Positions 26,768-36,400 of a stretch of 37,010 nucleotides of DNA are shown here, piece after piece. Positions within the stretch are counted from its first letter, which is position 1; the number at the start of each line of letters is the position of its first letter. The DNA is taken from the NCBI GenBank assembly GCA_018054835.1, contig JAGPIS010000001.1, positions 1-37,010 on the forward strand, read 5' to 3'. The notes under the pieces are model-generated. The model ran no database searches, had not been told where the DNA came from, and saw only the letters and a program-made list of their open reading frames with translations. This DNA comes from Breznakibacter sp. (lineage in GTDB: Bacteria; Bacteroidota; Bacteroidia; Bacteroidales; Marinilabiliaceae). The position numbers and the translations under genes were made by a program.

Positions 26768-27026
26768 TATTTATGTATTTAGATTAAATTATCCGCTAAA
26801 CAACCAAGCCTGATGCAAACAACAGGATTATCCAACGACAAGTTATCATTTATCATCATCGGGGCTAATTTAATGATAAATATCATTTTTTCGCACCCGC
26901 TTGGCATTAATTTTTTATCCGCAACCGCCATTATAAATGGCATCCTGAAAGACAAACAAAATTAACACACTGAACAACAACAAACAACAACCGCAACAAC
27001 AACACCTGAAAAAAAGTTTGTCAAAA

Positions 27027-28109
27027 TCAGATAAAGGGGGTTTTCACAATTTTAGCTTTCAAATCTCGGCCTCGTACCCTGATAAAGATTTCGCGCCCCA
27101 GCTCAGCATGGTTGGCATCGATATAAGCCATGCCAATGCCTTTTTGCAGAACAGGGGACTGGGTGCCCGATGTCACTCTTCCAATCACATTGCCATCGGC
27201 ATCCACCACTTCATAGTCGTGCCGCGGAATACCCCGGTCAACCATTTCGAAACCACGCAAACGGCGCGCAACACCCTCTTTTTTCTGTTTCAGAAGCAGA
27301 TATTTGTCAATAAAATCCTTATGGTCAACAAATTTGGTGATCCAACCCAGCCCCGCTTCGATGGGTGAGGTAGTGTCGTCAATATCGTTGCCATAGAGGC
27401 AGAATCCCATTTCCAAGCGGAGGGTATCGCGGGCTCCCAGGCCAACCGGCACAATTCCTTCAGGTTGGCCGGCCTCCATAATCGCCTTGTAGATGGTGAT
27501 GGCATCGCTGTTGTACATATACAATTCAAAGCCACCGGCACCGGTATAACCAGTATTGGAAACTATCACCTCTTTCACCCCGGCAAAATCGCCCACTTTA
27601 AAAGTATAATAAGGGATTTCGGCCAAGTTGAGGGAAGTAAGCCTCTGCAACACCTTTTGAGCATTGGGGCCTTGAATGGCGAGCTGAGAGATATCGTCAC
27701 TGGCATTTTGTATCACAGCGCCCATGGTGTTTTGGCTAACGCACCAGGTAAGATCTTTTTCAATATTGGAAGCATTCACCACCAAGAGGTACTTGTTTTC
27801 GGAATAGTGATAAACCAACAGGTCATCAACAATCCCGCCTTTGCCATTGGGGAAGCATGAATACTGAATTTTCCCTTCGGTTAGTGCAGCGGCATCGTTG
27901 GAGGTGACTTTTTGCACAAAAGCAAGTGCTTGTGGCCCCTTCACCCAAATCTCACCCATGTGCGACACGTCAAAAACCCCAACACTATTACGAACCGCCA
28001 TATGCTCTGCCGTAATACCCGCAAATTCAACAGGCATATCGAACCCGGCAAAAGGCACCATTTTGCCACCACATTGACGATGAATCTCATTAAATACTGT
28101 TTTCTTCAT
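27027..28109 (-). CDS. gcvT: Glycine cleavage system aminomethyltransferase (T protein)
   Basis: '[16 protein letters not shown]', '[10 protein letters not shown]', 'LAIQGP', '[14 protein letters not shown]' and '[13 protein letters not shown]'. Length is 360 aa. Confidence 0.95.
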   Translation of the reverse strand: MKKTVFNEIHRQCGGKMVPFAGFDMPVEFAGITAEHMAVRNSVGVFDVSHMGEIWVKGPQALAFVQKVTSNDAAALTEGKIQYSCFPNGKGGIVDDLLVYHYSENKYLLVVNASNIEKDLTWCVSQNTMGAVIQNASDDISQLAIQGPNAQKVLQRLTSLNLAEIPYYTFKVGDFAGVKEVIVSNTGYTGAGGFELYMYNSDAITIYKAIMEAGQPEGIVPVGLGARDTLRLEMGFCLYGNDIDDTTSPIEAGLGWITKFVDHKDFIDKYLLLKQKKEGVARRLRGFEMVDRGIPRHDYEVVDADGNVIGRVTSGTQSPVLQKGIGMAYIDANHAELGREIFIRVRGRDLKAKIVKTPFI

Positions 28110-28322
28110 AATTAGATGCTATTAAAATTGTCAAAGATGAGTCAAGTTTGTTTTCGATCAAATATCCAAACAAAGCAACCAAGAAAAAATGACAATTATC
28201 GTAAGCGCTAAATAATAGTGCAATTATTTGTAAATATTTATTTCAGGATGGATTTCTACCCTGCGGGCAAGATATTTAGAAAAATAAAATTATCTTAGTA
28301 CAACATTTAAAGTATCAAAGCC

Positions 28323-28805
28323 ATGCCTACCAACTATAAACACATCGACTTATCCTACTTGGAAAGCATTTCGGATGGAAATCACGAAATAGTTAGGGAA
28401 CTGATTGAAATATTCCTTGACCAGATTCCCGAGTTCACACTAGGAATGACCCGCTGTTTTGAAACCAAAGACTGGAAAGGCTTGGCTGCCCTGGCACACA
28501 AAGCCAAATCATCGGTACTCTCCATGGGGATGAACCACTTGGGTGAGGTGGAGTTGAAAAACCTGGAATTACTATCGAAGCAGCAGCTCCTAAACAGGTT
28601 GGAAGGAGAGGATTCCGCACAGGCAAAGCAGGAGTTTGAGAAGATCAGCAAAAACCTAACAAACTACGGACCAGAGCGTTTGGAATGGATACACAAAAAT
28701 AACACCCCAGAAACAATCGAAGGAATCATAAAAACCTTTATCTTGCAGTGCGAAAATGCATCATTGGAGTTAAAAAACGAATTGATAAAATTAGCATCCC
28801 TATGA
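28323..28805 (+). CDS. Stand-alone Hpt (histidine phosphotransfer) domain protein
   Basis: 'FLDQIPEF...' is followed by the phospho-accepting motif 'LAHKAKSSVLSMG' (His59, HxxKxS pattern). Length is 160 aa. Confidence 0.75.
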   Translation: MPTNYKHIDLSYLESISDGNHEIVRELIEIFLDQIPEFTLGMTRCFETKDWKGLAALAHKAKSSVLSMGMNHLGEVELKNLELLSKQQLLNRLEGEDSAQAKQEFEKISKNLTNYGPERLEWIHKNNTPETIEGIIKTFILQCENASLELKNELIKLASL

Positions 28806-29110
28806 TTGAATTTACCCAAGCAGGTGACAAAACCATTGCCTCCATTGTTGATACCAACAGGATCAACACGGTCAATGCAGCATCCATAAAAAAAGAGCTA
28901 TCGGAAAAAATGGGTACCCCCAAATCCCATCTGACCATCGATTTGGCCAACATAAAATTCATCGATAGCACTGGCATTGGTGTTTTATTGAGTGCGCTTA
29001 AAACCAGCCGTGAAAACCAGGGAAGCTTTGCAATAAAAAATGTCAACCCCGAGGTTATGAAACTCCTAGTACTAATGAAACTGGACAAGATCATCGATAT
29101 CGAACAATAA
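28802..29110 (+). CDS. STAS-domain protein (SpoIIAA/RsbV-like anti-sigma factor antagonist)
   Basis: 'IDLANIKFIDSTGIGVLLSAL' carries the conserved phosphorylatable Ser (Ser56 in the DST-G motif). 'NVNPEVMKLLVLMKLDKI' is also present. Its ATG overlaps the Hpt stop codon (ATGA at 28802-28805). Confidence 0.8.
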   Translation: MIEFTQAGDKTIASIVDTNRINTVNAASIKKELSEKMGTPKSHLTIDLANIKFIDSTGIGVLLSALKTSRENQGSFAIKNVNPEVMKLLVLMKLDKIIDIEQ

Positions 29111-29111
29111 C

Positions 29112-29148
29112 AAAAAAAGAGAATACCAGTTTTGATATTCTCTTTTTT
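29112..29148. terminator. Bidirectional rho-independent terminator (STAS gene / clpB)
   Basis: AAGAGAATA (29117-29125) pairs with TATTCTCTT (29136-29144). An A-run lies upstream and a T-run downstream. Confidence 0.8.
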
Positions 29149-29159
29149 ATTTCCCCATA

Positions 29160-31760
29160 CTATTGTTGGTCTCCGTCCAGGTTTTTAAACACCAATTGGT
29201 CGCCTTCAAGATCTACCAGAATGGTTTGTTCCTTCGAAATTGTTTCGGCCAATATTTTTTTCGAAAGGTCGTTCAGCACATAGCGCTGCAAGGCTCGCTT
29301 AACCGGCCGGGCACCAAAGAGCACGTCGAAACCGGCCTGAGCCAGCCACTCGATGGCTTGAGGAGATATTTCAATTGAAACACCAGAGTCGGCCAGGCTC
29401 CGTTTGATCTGACTGAACTGCATGCCCACGATTTGCGACACATCCTTTGCCGACAGGGGCGAAAACATCACGATTTCGTCGATGCGGTTAAGGAATTCGG
29501 GACGGATGGTGCGTTTCAGCAATTCAAACACATCGGCCTTGGTTTGCTCAACAAATTGATCGGTAACCTGATGACCATATTTCTCGAAATTCTCCTGAAT
29601 CAATGATGAGCCCAAGTTGGAGGTCATGATGATGATGGTATTCTTGAAATCAACCGTGCGCCCCTTATTGTCCGTCAGCCGGCCATCGTCGAGCACCTGG
29701 AGCAGGATGTTAAACACATCGGGATGTGCTTTTTCAATTTCATCGAGCAAAACAACCGAATAGGGCTTGCGTCTCACCGCTTCGGTCAACTGCCCACCCT
29801 CATCATAGCCCACATATCCCGGGGGGGCCCCAATCAGCCGCGACACGGAGTGGCGTTCCTGATATTCACTCATGTCGATGCGCGTCATATGGTTTTCATC
29901 GTCGAACAAGAATCCCGCAAGCGCTTTTGCCAGCTCGGTCTTTCCAACGCCCGACATCCCTATAAAAATAAAGGATCCGATGGGTCGTTTTTTATCCTGC
30001 AAGCCAGCCCTGCTTCGGCGAACGGCATCACTCACTGCGGCAATGGCTTCATCCTGCCCCACCACGCGTTTGTGCAGCTCCTCCTCGAGCGACAACAACT
30101 TGACGCGTTCCGATTTTTGCATTCGAGAGACCGGAATGCCAGTCCAACGGCTCACCACCTCGGCCACATCCTGCCCATCCACCTCTTCCTTGATCATGGC
30201 CGAATCGGCTTGCATATTGGCCAACTCCTTCTTGAACTGGTCAATTTTATCTTCGGCCTCCTTGATGCGCCCATAACGCAATTCGGCCACTTGCTCGAAC
30301 AGACCTTCCCGCTCAGCCTTGTCGGCATCAAAGCGGTACTGTTCGATGTTGCTTTTTTCCTTTTGGATGGCATCCACCAACCGTTTCTCCGACTCCCACC
30401 GGGCACGCATCTGGCTGCGCAGATCCTTTAAGTTGGCTATTTCGGCTCCCAAGGAGCCAATGCGTTCCTTATCCCCCTCCCGTTTGATGGCTTCCCGTTC
30501 AATCTCCAACTGTTTGATTTTACGCTCAATCTCATCAATCTCCTCGGGCACCGAATTGATCTCAAGCCGCAGCCTACTAGCCGCCTCATCAATCAGGTCG
30601 ATGGCCTTGTCGGGTAGGAAACGGTCCGAAATATAACGCTGCGAAAGCTCCACGGCTGCAATAATAGCCTCGTCCTTGATCCTAACCTTATGGTGGCTCT
30701 CATACCGTTCCTTCAGACCACGAAGGATGGAGATGGCCGCAATGGTGTCGGGCTCATCGATTAAAACCGTTTGGAAGCGCCGTTCCAGGGCTTTGTCTTT
30801 TTCGAAGTATTTTTGATACTCGTTCAACGTTGTGGCGCCAATGGCTCGCAGCTCACCGCGTGCCAAGGCAGGCTTCAGGATGTTGGCAGCATCCATGGCT
30901 CCTTCGCTCTTGCCAGCACCCACCAGGGTATGTATCTCATCGATGAAAAGGATGATTTCGCCATTGGCCACCACCACCTCCTTCACCACGCTTTTCAAAC
31001 GTTCTTCAAACTCACCCTTGTATTTTGCACCGGCAATCAAAGCCCCCATGTCGAGCGAGAACACCTCTTTAGTTTTCAAGTTCTCGGGCACGTCGCCATT
31101 CACAATGCGATGAGCCAGCCCCTCGGCGATGGCTGTTTTACCAACACCCGGCTCGCCAATCAATATGGGGTTGTTCTTTGTGCGGCGCGAAAGGATTTGT
31201 AACACCCTGCGGATCTCTTCGTCGCGGCCAATCACCGGGTCGAGTTTGCCATTGCGCGCCTGCTCATTGAGGTTGATGGCAAAACGATTCAGAGCATTAT
31301 AACTGTCTTCGGCCGAAGCACTGTTCACCTGACTCCCTTTACGCAGCTCCTTGATGGCTGCTTCAAACATCTTTTCGTTGGCTCCGGCATCTTTCAACAT
31401 ATTGGACACCTGATCTTTGACCGACAATAAAGCTAAAAGCAGATGTTCGACACTCACAAACTGATCGTTCATTTGGCGCGACAACGAAACAGCTTTTTGC
31501 AACACATCGGATGCCGTGCGCGATAAATAAGGTTCACCACCTGTGACTTTAGGAAAAGAAGCCACCATTTTTTCAACCACGGGATCCACATTGCGTATGC
31601 CGCACTTGCTAAACAAATATTGTACGATGGTTTCTTCCACCTCCATCACCCCTTTCAAAAGGTGAGCCGGCTCAATGGCCTGCTGGTTATAGGCCGAAGC
31701 AATTTGAAATGCCTGTTGTACTGCTTCCTGCGCTTTAATGGTAAAATTATTCAAATTCAT
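29160..31760 (-). CDS. clpB: ATP-dependent chaperone ClpB
   Basis: Clp N-domain. Two AAA+ modules: Walker A 'GEPGVGKT' and 'GMSGVGKT', Walker B 'ILFIDEIH' and '[11 protein letters not shown]'. A long coiled-coil middle domain lies between them. Length is 866 aa. Confidence 0.97.
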   Translation of the reverse strand: MNLNNFTIKAQEAVQQAFQIASAYNQQAIEPAHLLKGVMEVEETIVQYLFSKCGIRNVDPVVEKMVASFPKVTGGEPYLSRTASDVLQKAVSLSRQMNDQFVSVEHLLLALLSVKDQVSNMLKDAGANEKMFEAAIKELRKGSQVNSASAEDSYNALNRFAINLNEQARNGKLDPVIGRDEEIRRVLQILSRRTKNNPILIGEPGVGKTAIAEGLAHRIVNGDVPENLKTKEVFSLDMGALIAGAKYKGEFEERLKSVVKEVVVANGEIILFIDEIHTLVGAGKSEGAMDAANILKPALARGELRAIGATTLNEYQKYFEKDKALERRFQTVLIDEPDTIAAISILRGLKERYESHHKVRIKDEAIIAAVELSQRYISDRFLPDKAIDLIDEAASRLRLEINSVPEEIDEIERKIKQLEIEREAIKREGDKERIGSLGAEIANLKDLRSQMRARWESEKRLVDAIQKEKSNIEQYRFDADKAEREGLFEQVAELRYGRIKEAEDKIDQFKKELANMQADSAMIKEEVDGQDVAEVVSRWTGIPVSRMQKSERVKLLSLEEELHKRVVGQDEAIAAVSDAVRRSRAGLQDKKRPIGSFIFIGMSGVGKTELAKALAGFLFDDENHMTRIDMSEYQERHSVSRLIGAPPGYVGYDEGGQLTEAVRRKPYSVVLLDEIEKAHPDVFNILLQVLDDGRLTDNKGRTVDFKNTIIIMTSNLGSSLIQENFEKYGHQVTDQFVEQTKADVFELLKRTIRPEFLNRIDEIVMFSPLSAKDVSQIVGMQFSQIKRSLADSGVSIEISPQAIEWLAQAGFDVLFGARPVKRALQRYVLNDLSKKILAETISKEQTILVDLEGDQLVFKNLDGDQQ

Positions 31761-32028
31761 ATCGCATCTATTTTTTTCATCAACACTACAAAAACTCTGA
31801 AAGGGATAACAATCTACAAGTTAACCCCCAAAAGAGTAGTTCCTTTCTTGATGGGAGAGCAACAAATAAAAAACCAACCTTCACCGAGCCCTTAATTTAT
31901 GACAAAAAGACATCAAAAACAAAGAAATAAAGACATTTTGTCGCACCAAAACACCCTTGACCGTCAAAAATACAAGGACAAAAAATAAATTATGCCATGA
32001 AACCAGCCTCTCAATTCTGTAAAATGCT

Positions 32029-32036
32029 TATTTTTG
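32029..32036 (+). promoter_or_regulatory. Bacteroidota-type -7 promoter element (TATTTTTG) for the Omp85-like gene
   Basis: Exact TAnnTTTG about 59 nt upstream of the ATG at 32095. Confidence 0.4.
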
Positions 32037-32094
32037 ATCATTACCGCATAATTAGACCAACCATAAAAATCAACAAGGCAAGTTGAACACTTCT

Positions 32095-34002
32095 ATGACA
32101 TCAAAGCCGCACAGGCCTTCATACCAAAGGTGGATCATCGTCACCATGATGGCCATGCTATTGACATGCCCACGGATTGATGCACAAACAGATACCTTGG
32201 TGATTCAAAAGAAAGACACACTAATATATCTAATCCCAATCAAACAGATCCAATACAATCCAAAGACATCGGAAAGCAATCCGATTGCCTCATTCATGGA
32301 AAACAGGGATGACAATAACATACTCAACAAATGGTTGAAGAATTTGATCCTTTCCAAGGAGAAAAAAGATGAACCTGAACAATACGATGCCGACCATCTG
32401 GAGAAAATGAACCTCTTCCTTGATAGAACCATCAGATTGGTAGTGATTAAACGGTTGCCGCCTTTTGGACCTTCAGTAAACGACACAATATCGAGCCCTG
32501 TTACATGGGTTGGACGAACCGGCAACCGCCTAAGGGTTCCAACAGGAAGAAATATCATTGCCAACAACATCACTTTCCAAGCGGGTGACCAATTCAATGC
32601 CGAAGCGATATTGGAGAGCGAACGGATATTGCGGAACCTTGAATGGATCAACGATGCCCGGATTATTGTATCCCCAGTGAAAGGGAAGCCCGATTTGATT
32701 GACATTGAAATAATCATTCAGGACAATTACCCCCATGCCCTCTCGGTGGATTTGGGCTCCGAATCGCCTGAAGTATCCCTTTATACACGAAACTTCATGG
32801 GACAAGGCGTCTATTTCAACCAAACCCTGGCGCCCCTTCCAAAATCGAGTGGCGTAGGCTTTGAGGACAACATTAAACTAAACAACATTAAAGGATCGAG
32901 GATCGATTTTGAATTGAGCTACATCGACAACAACAACCGGAACTTGGTTGAATCGCAACTGGAGAGAAACTTCTACATCAGCGACCACCAATACGGAGGA
33001 GGCATGTACTACAACCGCTCCTACAAAAATGCCCCATCCCAGTCGCTCAACCAGTTCAACTGGCCCAACGAGATGAATTACTATTTCAGCTCGATTTGGA
33101 TTGGTCGAAAGATTACGCCCAACATGACCCAATACCTAAAGAATGCCAACTTATACATCACATTGCAACACATTGGATCAAAATTCCACAACATTCCCGA
33201 CACCTTGGCCGGCCACCCCTTGCTGCAGTTGAACCACTATTTTTTTGGAGCCCTTTCGTTTGGGAAACGGCAATATTTCAAAAACAACCTGGTCTATTCT
33301 TTTGGAAAAACAGAGGATATCCCCTATGGTTTTTTAGCTACCCTGACCACTGGCCTGAACCACAACCAATTCGCAACCCGCCCCTATATAGGCTTTAAGT
33401 TTTCGGTAGGACATGCTGTCATTCCCGACAGAGGCTACCTTTACACCAGCGCCGGATGGGAAAACTATTTTAATAAAAGCAGGATTGAACAGGCGGCTCT
33501 GATGGCCAACATCAAATACATCACCCCCCTAATCAAAGTGGGAGGATCGTTGCTGAGGACATTCATGGAGGTGAATTACATCAAAGGCATCAACAGATAC
33601 CCCCAGGAATCGCTCTTTATCAATGAAAAACAGAATGGCGTGGCCCTTTTCAGCGACAACAAGATCAAGGGCACCGAAAAATTGGTGCTCAACATTGAAA
33701 ATGTAACCTTCACGCCGATACAGTTTTGGGGATTCAAAATGGCACTATTCACTTTTGCCGATATTGCCTGGATCAACAACAGCTCAAATACGCTGTTCAA
33801 CAAGAACAACAACTTTGCCTGCCTGGGCGGAGGTATTAAAATCAGGAATGAACGGCTGGTGTTCAGGACTTTGGAACTGCGCCTGGGTTATATTACAGGA
33901 AAACAATACAACCAGCCTTTAGAGTACAAACTTTCGAACGAAACAGTGAAGCGCTTTGACGATTTCATCCCCTCGGCGCCCAAATTCAACTTATTCAAAT
34001 AA
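32095..34002 (+). CDS. Outer-membrane beta-barrel protein, Omp85-superfamily-like with one recognisable POTRA-like segment; function unknown
   Basis: Signal peptide 'WIIVTMMAMLLTCPRIDAQ'. The POTRA-like stretch is 'ITFQAGDQFNAEAILESERILRNLEWINDARIIVSPVKGKPDLIDIEIIIQDNYP', followed by 'LSVDLGSES...LYTRNFMGQGVYFN' and about 400 aa of alternating beta-strand pattern. ATG at 32095 (the ORF track uses the TTG at 32083). Confidence 0.5.
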   Translation: MTSKPHRPSYQRWIIVTMMAMLLTCPRIDAQTDTLVIQKKDTLIYLIPIKQIQYNPKTSESNPIASFMENRDDNNILNKWLKNLILSKEKKDEPEQYDADHLEKMNLFLDRTIRLVVIKRLPPFGPSVNDTISSPVTWVGRTGNRLRVPTGRNIIANNITFQAGDQFNAEAILESERILRNLEWINDARIIVSPVKGKPDLIDIEIIIQDNYPHALSVDLGSESPEVSLYTRNFMGQGVYFNQTLAPLPKSSGVGFEDNIKLNNIKGSRIDFELSYIDNNNRNLVESQLERNFYISDHQYGGGMYYNRSYKNAPSQSLNQFNWPNEMNYYFSSIWIGRKITPNMTQYLKNANLYITLQHIGSKFHNIPDTLAGHPLLQLNHYFFGALSFGKRQYFKNNLVYSFGKTEDIPYGFLATLTTGLNHNQFATRPYIGFKFSVGHAVIPDRGYLYTSAGWENYFNKSRIEQAALMANIKYITPLIKVGGSLLRTFMEVNYIKGINRYPQESLFINEKQNGVALFSDNKIKGTEKLVLNIENVTFTPIQFWGFKMALFTFADIAWINNSSNTLFNKNNNFACLGGGIKIRNERLVFRTLELRLGYITGKQYNQPLEYKLSNETVKRFDDFIPSAPKFNLFK

Positions 34003-34032
34003 AAAAAAGCAGACGAGCCGAAACCCATCTGC
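34001..34032 (-). terminator. Rho-independent terminator after the S9 peptidase gene (weaker on the plus strand)
   Basis: GCAGACG (34009-34015) pairs with CATCTGC (34026-34032); on the minus strand this is 7 bp including one G-U pair. A T8 run follows on the minus strand; only T4 follows on the plus strand. Confidence 0.6.
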
Positions 34033-34052
34033 CTTTTGGTATAAAGAACCAA

Positions 34053-36194
34053 CTACAAATAATCGTCAAAATAGCGGATCACCTTGTCAATTAGATGAAC
34101 ACGGTCGGGACCTATAACATTGTGCTCATGGCCTGGGTAAGCGAAATAATCGACCTGAACCCGGTTTTTTATCGCCTCTTTCACAAACAACAAGCTATGT
34201 TGCCAAACCACCACCGGATCCACATCGCCATGAATCATCAGCAAACGACCTTTCAAATTATTCACATAATTGCACAAATTGGCCTTATCGTAGCCCTCAG
34301 GATTCTCCTGTGGACGATCCATATAGCGCTCCCCATACATGATTTCATAAAGTTTCCAGTCAATCACGGGGCCGCCACACACACCAACTTTGAAGACATC
34401 GTTGTGCTTGAGCATCAGCGAAGTGGTCATAAAACCACCGTAACTCCACCCGTGCACACCAATCCGCCCGGCATCCACAAATGGCAACGAGGTAAGATAT
34501 TTGACACCTTCCATCTGGTCGGCCATTTCGCATTCGCCCAAGCGGCGGTGTATGGCCTGCTCGAAAGCCTTGCCATGCCCATCGGTGCCGCGGTTGTCCA
34601 TGGTGAAGACAATATATCCCTTTTGAGCAGCCCAAAGCATCCACGAGGAGGCACCGCCCAACCAGCTGTTGGTGACCATCTGCGAATGGGGGCCACCATA
34701 AACATAAACAATAACCGGGTATTTCTTGGCCGGATCAAAACCTACCGGTAGCATCATACGCCCCGCCAAAGGAAAAGCCTGGTCGGCGGTTTTGAGGTCA
34801 ACCATCCTGATTTCGGGCATATCAAATCCTTCATAAGGATTGATGGTTTTGGCCACAATCTGCTTCTTGTCGGTTTTTGAAGACACCAGGGTGGATTGGG
34901 CAGCCACTTCCAGCGATGAAAAATGATCGATCCATAAATTTCCATTGGGGCTGAACACGGCCCGATGGGTTCCCGGCTCTTGGGTCAATCGGCTGGTTTT
35001 TCCATTGCCAGTGTTGACACGGTAAATATGCCTTTCTAGATAACCTTCGGCAGTGGTTTGAACGAAGAAATTCTTTTCCGAAGCATCGAAACCATAAAAC
35101 TTTGTGACATTCCAATCCCCTTTGGTGAGCTGGCGCAGCAACTTGCCATTCAAATCATACAAATAGAGGTGGTTGTAGCCATCGCGCTTACTCTGCCACA
35201 CAAATTGTGCAGGATTTTTCTTCATAAACACCGCAGCATTAGAAGGCTCCACCCAATGCTCATCGGATTCCTCGAAAAGAGTGCGTATCTTATTGCCCGA
35301 AACGGCATCGTACAAATCAAGTTTCAGGTGGTTTTGATCGCGATTAATTTCAGCCACCAAAATATTTTTCCCATCGGGCGTCCAACTAATATTGGTAAAA
35401 AAACGATCCACTGGGGAACCCGTGTTCAAATAAACCGTTGCGCCCCCTGCCAAGTCATAAACACCCACCTTCACCTGGTGGCTTTCCATTCCGGCCATAG
35501 GATATTTGATGGGTTTGGTAGAGGCAATGCGGGAGGAAACATCCACCAATGGATAATCTTCCACCATCGATTCATCCATAAAATAGAAGGCCAGCTTGGA
35601 CGCATCGGGCGACCAGAAAGTCCCCTTTTCGATGCCGAATTCATTGCGGTGCACCGCCTGCCCATACACATGCCCCATCCCATTGGCATTGGTTATCTTC
35701 TGAGGCTCAAGTCCTTTTTGCGACACAAACAAATCGTTGCCCACAGTGAAGGCAGCAACCCGTCCTGATGCATAAAAATCCACATGATCGGCACTCGCCC
35801 AAAGGCGCACCGAATCGCACACCATTTTCTTCTCCCAATCCACCAAATAGTAGCACGCATTGTGATTCAACCATAATTGCATATTAGTGATCCAGCTGAA
35901 AGGACGGATATTGCCAAGGTTTTTTAGACCATGGTTGGTCATAATGGACTTGATGGCCGGCACATCGACCAAAAAAGAGCGCTCCAGACCTTGATTCCAA
36001 ACATAAAAGGAGTCGTTGACCGACTGAACAAAGCCATCACCCTCCAACGCAAAGGAGCCATTGGCATACCGCGGATAAAATTGATAAAAGCTTTTTCCAC
36101 CCGGCACAACATCATCAAGCGTAAAACTCTTCTGCGCGGTTAACCCAAAGGAAACCAAGAAGAAAAGCGCAACAATAAAACGATTCACTAGCAT
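34053..36194 (-). CDS. S9-family serine peptidase, dipeptidyl-peptidase IV type
   Basis: Signal peptide and an N-terminal propeller-like region. The C-terminal alpha/beta-hydrolase domain has the nucleophile elbow 'GVHGWSYGGFM', 'IHGDVDPVV' (Asp) and 'YPGHEHN' (His). Length is 713 aa. Confidence 0.88.
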   Translation of the reverse strand: MLVNRFIVALFFLVSFGLTAQKSFTLDDVVPGGKSFYQFYPRYANGSFALEGDGFVQSVNDSFYVWNQGLERSFLVDVPAIKSIMTNHGLKNLGNIRPFSWITNMQLWLNHNACYYLVDWEKKMVCDSVRLWASADHVDFYASGRVAAFTVGNDLFVSQKGLEPQKITNANGMGHVYGQAVHRNEFGIEKGTFWSPDASKLAFYFMDESMVEDYPLVDVSSRIASTKPIKYPMAGMESHQVKVGVYDLAGGATVYLNTGSPVDRFFTNISWTPDGKNILVAEINRDQNHLKLDLYDAVSGNKIRTLFEESDEHWVEPSNAAVFMKKNPAQFVWQSKRDGYNHLYLYDLNGKLLRQLTKGDWNVTKFYGFDASEKNFFVQTTAEGYLERHIYRVNTGNGKTSRLTQEPGTHRAVFSPNGNLWIDHFSSLEVAAQSTLVSSKTDKKQIVAKTINPYEGFDMPEIRMVDLKTADQAFPLAGRMMLPVGFDPAKKYPVIVYVYGGPHSQMVTNSWLGGASSWMLWAAQKGYIVFTMDNRGTDGHGKAFEQAIHRRLGECEMADQMEGVKYLTSLPFVDAGRIGVHGWSYGGFMTTSLMLKHNDVFKVGVCGGPVIDWKLYEIMYGERYMDRPQENPEGYDKANLCNYVNNLKGRLLMIHGDVDPVVVWQHSLLFVKEAIKNRVQVDYFAYPGHEHNVIGPDRVHLIDKVIRYFDDYL

Positions 36195-36219
36195 ATATTA
36201 TTAATTTATAACGTTAAAA

Positions 36220-36227
36220 CAAAGCTA
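36220..36227 (-). promoter_or_regulatory. Bacteroidota-type -7 promoter element (TAGCTTTG on minus strand) for the S9 peptidase gene
   Basis: Exact TAnnTTTG 26 nt upstream of the ATG at 36194. Confidence 0.4.
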
Positions 36228-36319
36228 TCAAAAAACCATTACAGACCTATTATGTAAATATTGATCGGATAAAATTTTGATTTTTTACAATAGATCCCTA
36301 TCTTAGATCACGTTTGCAT

Positions 36320-36349
36320 TTTGATGCGATCTTAAAATCATTAATTTTG
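36320..36349 (+). promoter_or_regulatory. Bacteroidota-type promoter (-33 TTTG and -7 TAATTTTG) for the small secreted protein gene
   Basis: TTTG at 36320-36323 and TAATTTTG at 36342-36349, separated by 18 nt. It lies about 52 nt upstream of the ATG at 36401. Confidence 0.5.
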
Positions 36350-36400
36350 TGTAAAAATAATCAAAGTAAAAATAACAGCTCAAAACAATAATCATAAAAT

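Noticed and set aside
26973-27006. An imperfect CAA-type trinucleotide tract (AACAACAACAAACAACAACCGCAACAACAACACC) just downstream of the gcvT stop.
   Set aside because: It is interrupted and short, lies in non-coding DNA and is not positioned between -33 and -7 promoter elements that I can identify. There is no basis to call it a phase-variation tract.
28110-28322. A possible glycine riboswitch upstream of gcvT.
   Set aside because: The spacer is short and AT-rich and is shared with the divergent Hpt gene. Its minus-strand reading lacks the conserved GGAGAG / CACCG-type cores of glycine riboswitch aptamers. No tandem aptamer-sized structure is visible.
31899-31988. A 29-codon, highly basic ORF (MTKRHQKQRNKDILSHQNTLDRQKYKDKK) in the clpB / Omp85-like spacer.
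   Set aside because: The region is A-rich, and A-rich sequence translates to Lys, Gln and Asn by default. No promoter motif precedes it and conservation cannot be assessed. Only ribosome profiling or comparative data could rescue it.
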